41,048 nucleotides of DNA from Octopus bimaculoides. Taxonomy: Eukaryota. The DNA is taken from contig NC_068981.1 of assembly GCF_001194135.2 (NCBI RefSeq), positions 68,343,640-68,384,687 of the forward strand, read 5' to 3'. The notes under the pieces were generated by a model. That model saw only the letters and a program-made list of their open reading frames with translations, had not been told where the DNA came from and searched no databases. Shown here piece by piece: positions 35,926 through 41,048 of this stretch (positions within the stretch are counted from its first letter, which is position 1; every line of letters starts with the position of its first letter). Made by a program: the position numbers and the translations under genes.

Positions 35926-37086
35926 TACATGTATGTGTGGATGAATGCACACACACGCGCGCGCGTACACTAAAACAGACGCACACCCACACACACACAT
36001 ATGGTGGAGAGGTCCTGTATGCATTTCGACTCATTTGTTTCTCATTGAAATGAACAAATTAGTTGCTGACGTCGACCTGGTACAACAAGATGATACTATA
36101 TATGAAATCATGCCGTTTGCACGACATATGTACACTAAATTCAATACATATAATGCATTGTAATTAATTTCATCATAAAAACTGAAATTATTTAGATTAA
36201 TGTTATTATCTTGTGTTCCGATACATTATAATATTAAATACATAAATTTCAATTTGGACGTAACTGTGATAAAGACAAATACGCAGTGAGAGAATAGGAG
36301 AGCGATCTTAAAAGAACCCTTTGAGAGTAACTAGCCGCTCTCCATTTAAATTTGAAATGGATATTTGCAATGTTTGAGATGAATGATGAAAGCATTCCAA
36401 GCGATGCGATGTGGTTCAGTAGTTAATTGAAGTTGGCTAGTCACTTGTCAAATATTAATCAATAAAGAGAAAGTTACACATGTGAGAATATGGCATGCTG
36501 AGCTTATAAATTAGTGGTTGGACTGCACTTAATAATTTTATACCTAGCAGCATATGGAAGAGTAAGATAGCTTCACATAATACTATTATCATAGATTAAT
36601 TAACGATTCTTCTCAGCATGCTGAGTAATATAATTTTCAGGACACTATTCAACCTTTCATTTATTATTGGGCATTGTTCTTTTACGAGTATTATGAGATC
36701 GGACTGATAATAAAGTTTATTTATGTCATGATTACATACGCATTTATTGAATATTTTGAGATGTACAAAAGGTGTCCAAACCTACAACCTGCAAACATGT
36801 GCGCACAAATTATGAAATTTGTATATGTTAATGCCAAGTACAATATCACGTACGAGTTACGAAATACAAGGTTCAATTCTGTTTTGAAGAATATAAAGTC
36901 GAAATTCACAATTCTCTGTTACACAACTGAAACATGATTAACGTCAAAAGAAAACTTCATACCTACAGAAGGCCTTTTGCAAACAGAGTCGCTGAGCAAA
37001 GGAAATAGCTCACACAAATTATACTCGTATATATACACATACATACATACAACACATTTTATTTTACGTTCCTCCTGATTGCTCAC

Positions 37087-37230
37087 CTGTAAAATGAGTT
37101 GCGACGTCACTGATGCAAAGCTGTATTGTATTTACCTTTACCTGGGATAACATCGGTGGCGTGGAGTGGGGAGGCTGGTATGCACGGGAAACTTTATATA
37201 TTCTATAAACAATGGCACGGTCATTCAGGA
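37087..37230 (+). mobile_element. SINE family B, 3' fragment
   Basis: ctgtaaaatgagttgcgacgtcactga..ggaggctggtatgcacggg resembles 19227-19312. Confidence 0.7.
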
Positions 37231-37264
37231 ACGCAGAGTCTCTTTACTATGTTGTATACGCACA

Positions 37265-37392
37265 CCCACAAAAACACACACATATATATATATAAATATA
37301 TACATATATATATATATATACATTATAAACATATATGTATATGCCTTTATATATTTACATATATACATATATCATATGCATATATATATATA

Positions 37393-37468
<76 letters not shown>

Positions 37469-37530
37469 TATATATGTATACATATATATATATATATACA
37501 TACATACATACATATACATACACACACACT
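37265..37530. repeat. Long (TA)n/(TACA)n microsatellite
   Basis: Direct reading. Confidence 0.95.
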
Positions 37531-37921
37531 CTTCTGAGAATCCTTAATAACAACCTCTGGATTTGAAGCTGTACTCCCCAAATAGACACATCTAAGTCCA
37601 AAGTCTTATATGGAATACATTCTGTACAATAATACGACACCAAACTTAATGAATTCGATTTGCCTATAATTCTTAACCTACAGCCTATTTATCTTTCAAC
37701 AGAAATCCACTAATCTCACATATTTTTAACACCGACAATTTAACACCAATGTATTTTTAACATCGACCATAAAAAAACCGACATGGGCCAAAATAGACCA
37801 CAGTCTGATGACGTTTTACTTGGTCAAAACCGCCAAATCACTCTCAGTACCATTCTCGATCAAGAAAAGTAGGATTTTACTCAATTAAAAATATTGTGTA
37901 ATCCTACGTACGAGCAAACTT

Positions 37922-38038
37922 TGTATGTATGTATGTATATACATACTTGTCTGTCTGACCTGCTGTCTGTCAGTCTGTGTGTCCGTCTGTCTGTCTGTCT
38001 GTTTGTCTGTCTATCTGTCTCTCTCTATCTGTCTCTCT
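37922..38038. repeat. Degenerate (TGTA)n/(TCTG)n microsatellite
   Basis: Direct reading. Confidence 0.85.
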
Positions 38039-40923
38039 TCCAGCACACATCCACCAGCAACACTTAGAATAAATTATGAATGCCATCAAACTCATGGGTT
38101 TCTGATCTTATGTGAACCCCGAAGAGATTATCTACCTTTGAAAGTAGTTATTTCATACAATCAGTGCTGGAATTAGATGCTTGTTTCTATGTACCGTATG
38201 CCTGGTTATTTCATATAAGTGCTCGAATGAGATGAGTGTCGCTGTGTGCGTTATGTGCGGTGTTCTTCAAGTATTCATAATTTAAATCCATGCTTATATA
38301 CTTCGCATAAATATATATGCATATATGCGTGTATGTGCGTGTTTATATTTGTGCCTGTAAAATTTATACGTGTACGCACACAGCTCTTCATTCTTTGTAA
38401 GATAAAAATGGCCTATATGTTTCATCACGTATTGGAAACCGAAAGGATGAGTGGACATTACAGTTATTCTCAAGAGTGTTTCGCTGTTTTTTGGCATAGG
38501 AACAATGTTCCACTTCTCATATTGTATGACGTTCATAGGTGTAAACTCCTGCAGCTACTTTCCCCTGTCTGTCATTACGAAAACAGTTTTTCCTTTGTTG
38601 ATATCACATGCATTTGTAGATATCTGCCAACTTGCATCGTGAAAATGCAGAAGATGCATTAATCCTCAACTCTTAATTCGAGCATAGAAATATTGTCTCT
38701 ATTTCATAACGAGAAAAGTTTCTCGAAATACTCATATTCACTGTTTCATCCATTTACCTTACGTGTGTAGACAGGTTAACAATATCAATTGCTCCCTCCA
38801 GGTCTTATGTAAATTCAATGAATATATTCATGCAATTATATGCAGTTAGCCATATAATTCTTAAGTAGTTTACTCGAAATATAACGTGATATTGCAATTT
38901 ATTTGAATTTTTAATCTATTATATGTATTTGCAGTAGTTTAACAAAAAGCAAATTTACACCAACAGATATAGGTTGTATATATTTAGATACATCTCCAAA
39001 ATGTCTTACTATAACCAGTGCCATCATACATGCGTTTCGTCAGAATTAACTTTGATCACTTTTCGCAAATTTTCAACTATGATGAAATGATGAATTTCAA
39101 ATTTCTTCTCAGCTCTTTTATTTGTGTTGTCATGGGACATTTGTATATTTGTTCGACATGCTAGAAACATCACCTAAATTTTACATGTGTTAAAGCCCAT
39201 TGTTAAAGCTAAATATAATCATCTTAGTGGCTATTTGTTTTAAACATTAGGTTATGCCAATGATAAAAAGTCGTAGGTTTCAGTTAATTCTACCTATAAT
39301 GTTTTGATTTTAAATATGTATTAATACATGCATAAAGATCTCTTAACCATAGCAGTTCCTGAGATAAGCTTATTCTATAACACACCACAAGAAACTACTC
39401 TCTACTGTCTTTGTCTTTCTTTTTTTTTCATAACAAAACTGTTTGTATATATGTGCCATACTAAAAGAATAATACTTTCATAAATATAATTTTTACTCCG
39501 TTCCAACTACTGCTACGCGGTGACTGAATTTTCACATAAAACACATTCCTAAATAAAATTTCATATAGGTCCATACACTATACTGACTTTTATCTTCACA
39601 CGATGCACTTAGATCTCTAATGTTATGGTTACTTATGAACTACGATGAAAGTCTGTGTCTAATCAATATTCCTAATCGATTATTTTCTTTATTACCAGAG
39701 TGGATTGCGTTATGTCAAGACGACCATTTTTATGAAGCATTCTTTTCCTCCGGAAAAAATAATCTTCTATATTTACGCTGCAACATTGAACATCGTGAAA
39801 TGTGAGAACTAGTTCGCATATATTGTTTAGTATCTATACCTACCTACTCACTCGTCTGGAATTTTATTTCTAAGATCTAAGCTATCTTTGCATTAACTAC
39901 ATACACTGCATTTACTCTATCATCAAACTGATATAAAACTTTCGTTATGTTGTGCTTTCTAACGTGTCTCCTAATATATTAGTATTAATATCCATGTCAG
40001 TTAAAGCAATTTACCAATACTTGTCATTGTTCTGTCTAATATCTTTTCGTTCCCGTGTGGCTATATCACAGTTTGTCGCCTCTCACTCTCTTGAAGGACA
40101 AGTATTCTGAGAAATTTGTTAAATAAGAATTTAAAAAATAGAATATTGGCAAGATCTGTACGCATATTATCCTATGAATCATTGCTATGCCTACTATAAA
40201 CTCTAAAGCTTGCTTAAATTTGTCTCCATGTGTTAAGACGTGGACTGGGAGATACGCAAGAGAGTGGCAACAAAGAAAAACTTTGTTAAAATCCCACATA
40301 TGTTGGATCTGCTTTTCACCCATTTGAGGGTGATGATATACAGAACCAGCTAATAAATGAGCATGGTGTTTTCGACTAACCCGTTTCTTTCAAATTTCCT
40401 AGCAATGTCTCTAAATTAGAAAGAATTATTATTATCTACAAAACTTAGTTTAAGATTTCTATTTGTTATACCTATGTTGATATATAAGTAACCGAATGAA
40501 AACCGATAAGCTTTTTGTTCAAATGCACGTGTTTCTTTCGGAATAATTTTAGTTTGAAAGGTTTGTCTAACAGCTGTGTGTTTTACTGGTTTTGGTAATG
40601 AAGACTACTTTGTTGAGGTGATCTTATCTCATATTCAGCTAACGCATCAGTAAATCAGTTAAAAGGAACGGCCACTGGGGTCTTCGTGATTCCGAAAAAA
40701 TACTGCAATATTTTTATTTAATTATTCCTAACAAGAACTTCAGCTGGTAGTTTTTTTCAATTTTTCAATTATTGAAGACGTAAGCAATCGTATTTTGTAA
40801 CTTTCATATTTGTAATTTTTCTCAGAATACATTTCTTTAATTCTTCTTCTCACGTACAGATGGCTACTTTTACTTGTATAGCATGACAGTATATTTGGAA
40901 CCAGCAATCTAAACACAATAGAG

Positions 40924-40925
<2 letters not shown>

Positions 40926-40973
<48 letters not shown>

Positions 40974-41048
40974 CCTCTCTGTCACTCTCTATCAGTCTAT
41001 CTCTGTGACACACACAGGTATATATATATGCATATATATATATATATA
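40926..41048. repeat. (CT)n then (TA)n microsatellite
   Basis: Direct reading. Confidence 0.9.

Noticed and set aside
38246-38662. 138-aa plus-strand ORF and overlapping ORFs
   Set aside because: Partly microsatellite-derived, no domain signature, no convincing exon boundaries.
40066-40323. 85-aa minus-strand ORF with a good internal acceptor
   Set aside because: No recognisable homology and no clear donor site.

Overview
AT-rich eukaryotic non-coding DNA from a gapped draft assembly (many N-gaps, usually flanked by (TA)n). The SINE families, very dense microsatellites and transposon mix point to a cephalopod, probably Octopus; this is an inference from repeat recognition, not a database result. 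No intact protein-coding gene can be supported, and most ORF-track entries are microsatellite or N artefacts. The window is intronic or intergenic and holds decayed mobile elements: two adjacent mariner elements (about 8.2-10.3 kb), two Dong/R4-clade LINE fragments, a 5'-truncated Penelope-like element (RT plus GIY-YIG, 15.9-17.65 kb), a second Penelope GIY-YIG fragment abutting a CR1/L2-like LINE fragment (34.1-35.7 kb), and more than a dozen SINE copies or fragments. The most notable observations are a minimal hammerhead ribozyme motif with a compensated U3-A8 core at the Penelope 3' end, a second degenerate hammerhead at 23.15 kb, a perfect 21-bp fold-back at the Penelope 5' truncation point, an 805-bp fold-back with a 46-bp perfect inverted core, and a nest of retroelements inside (ATT)n arrays. 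Two weak candidate minus-strand exons are reported as speculative only.
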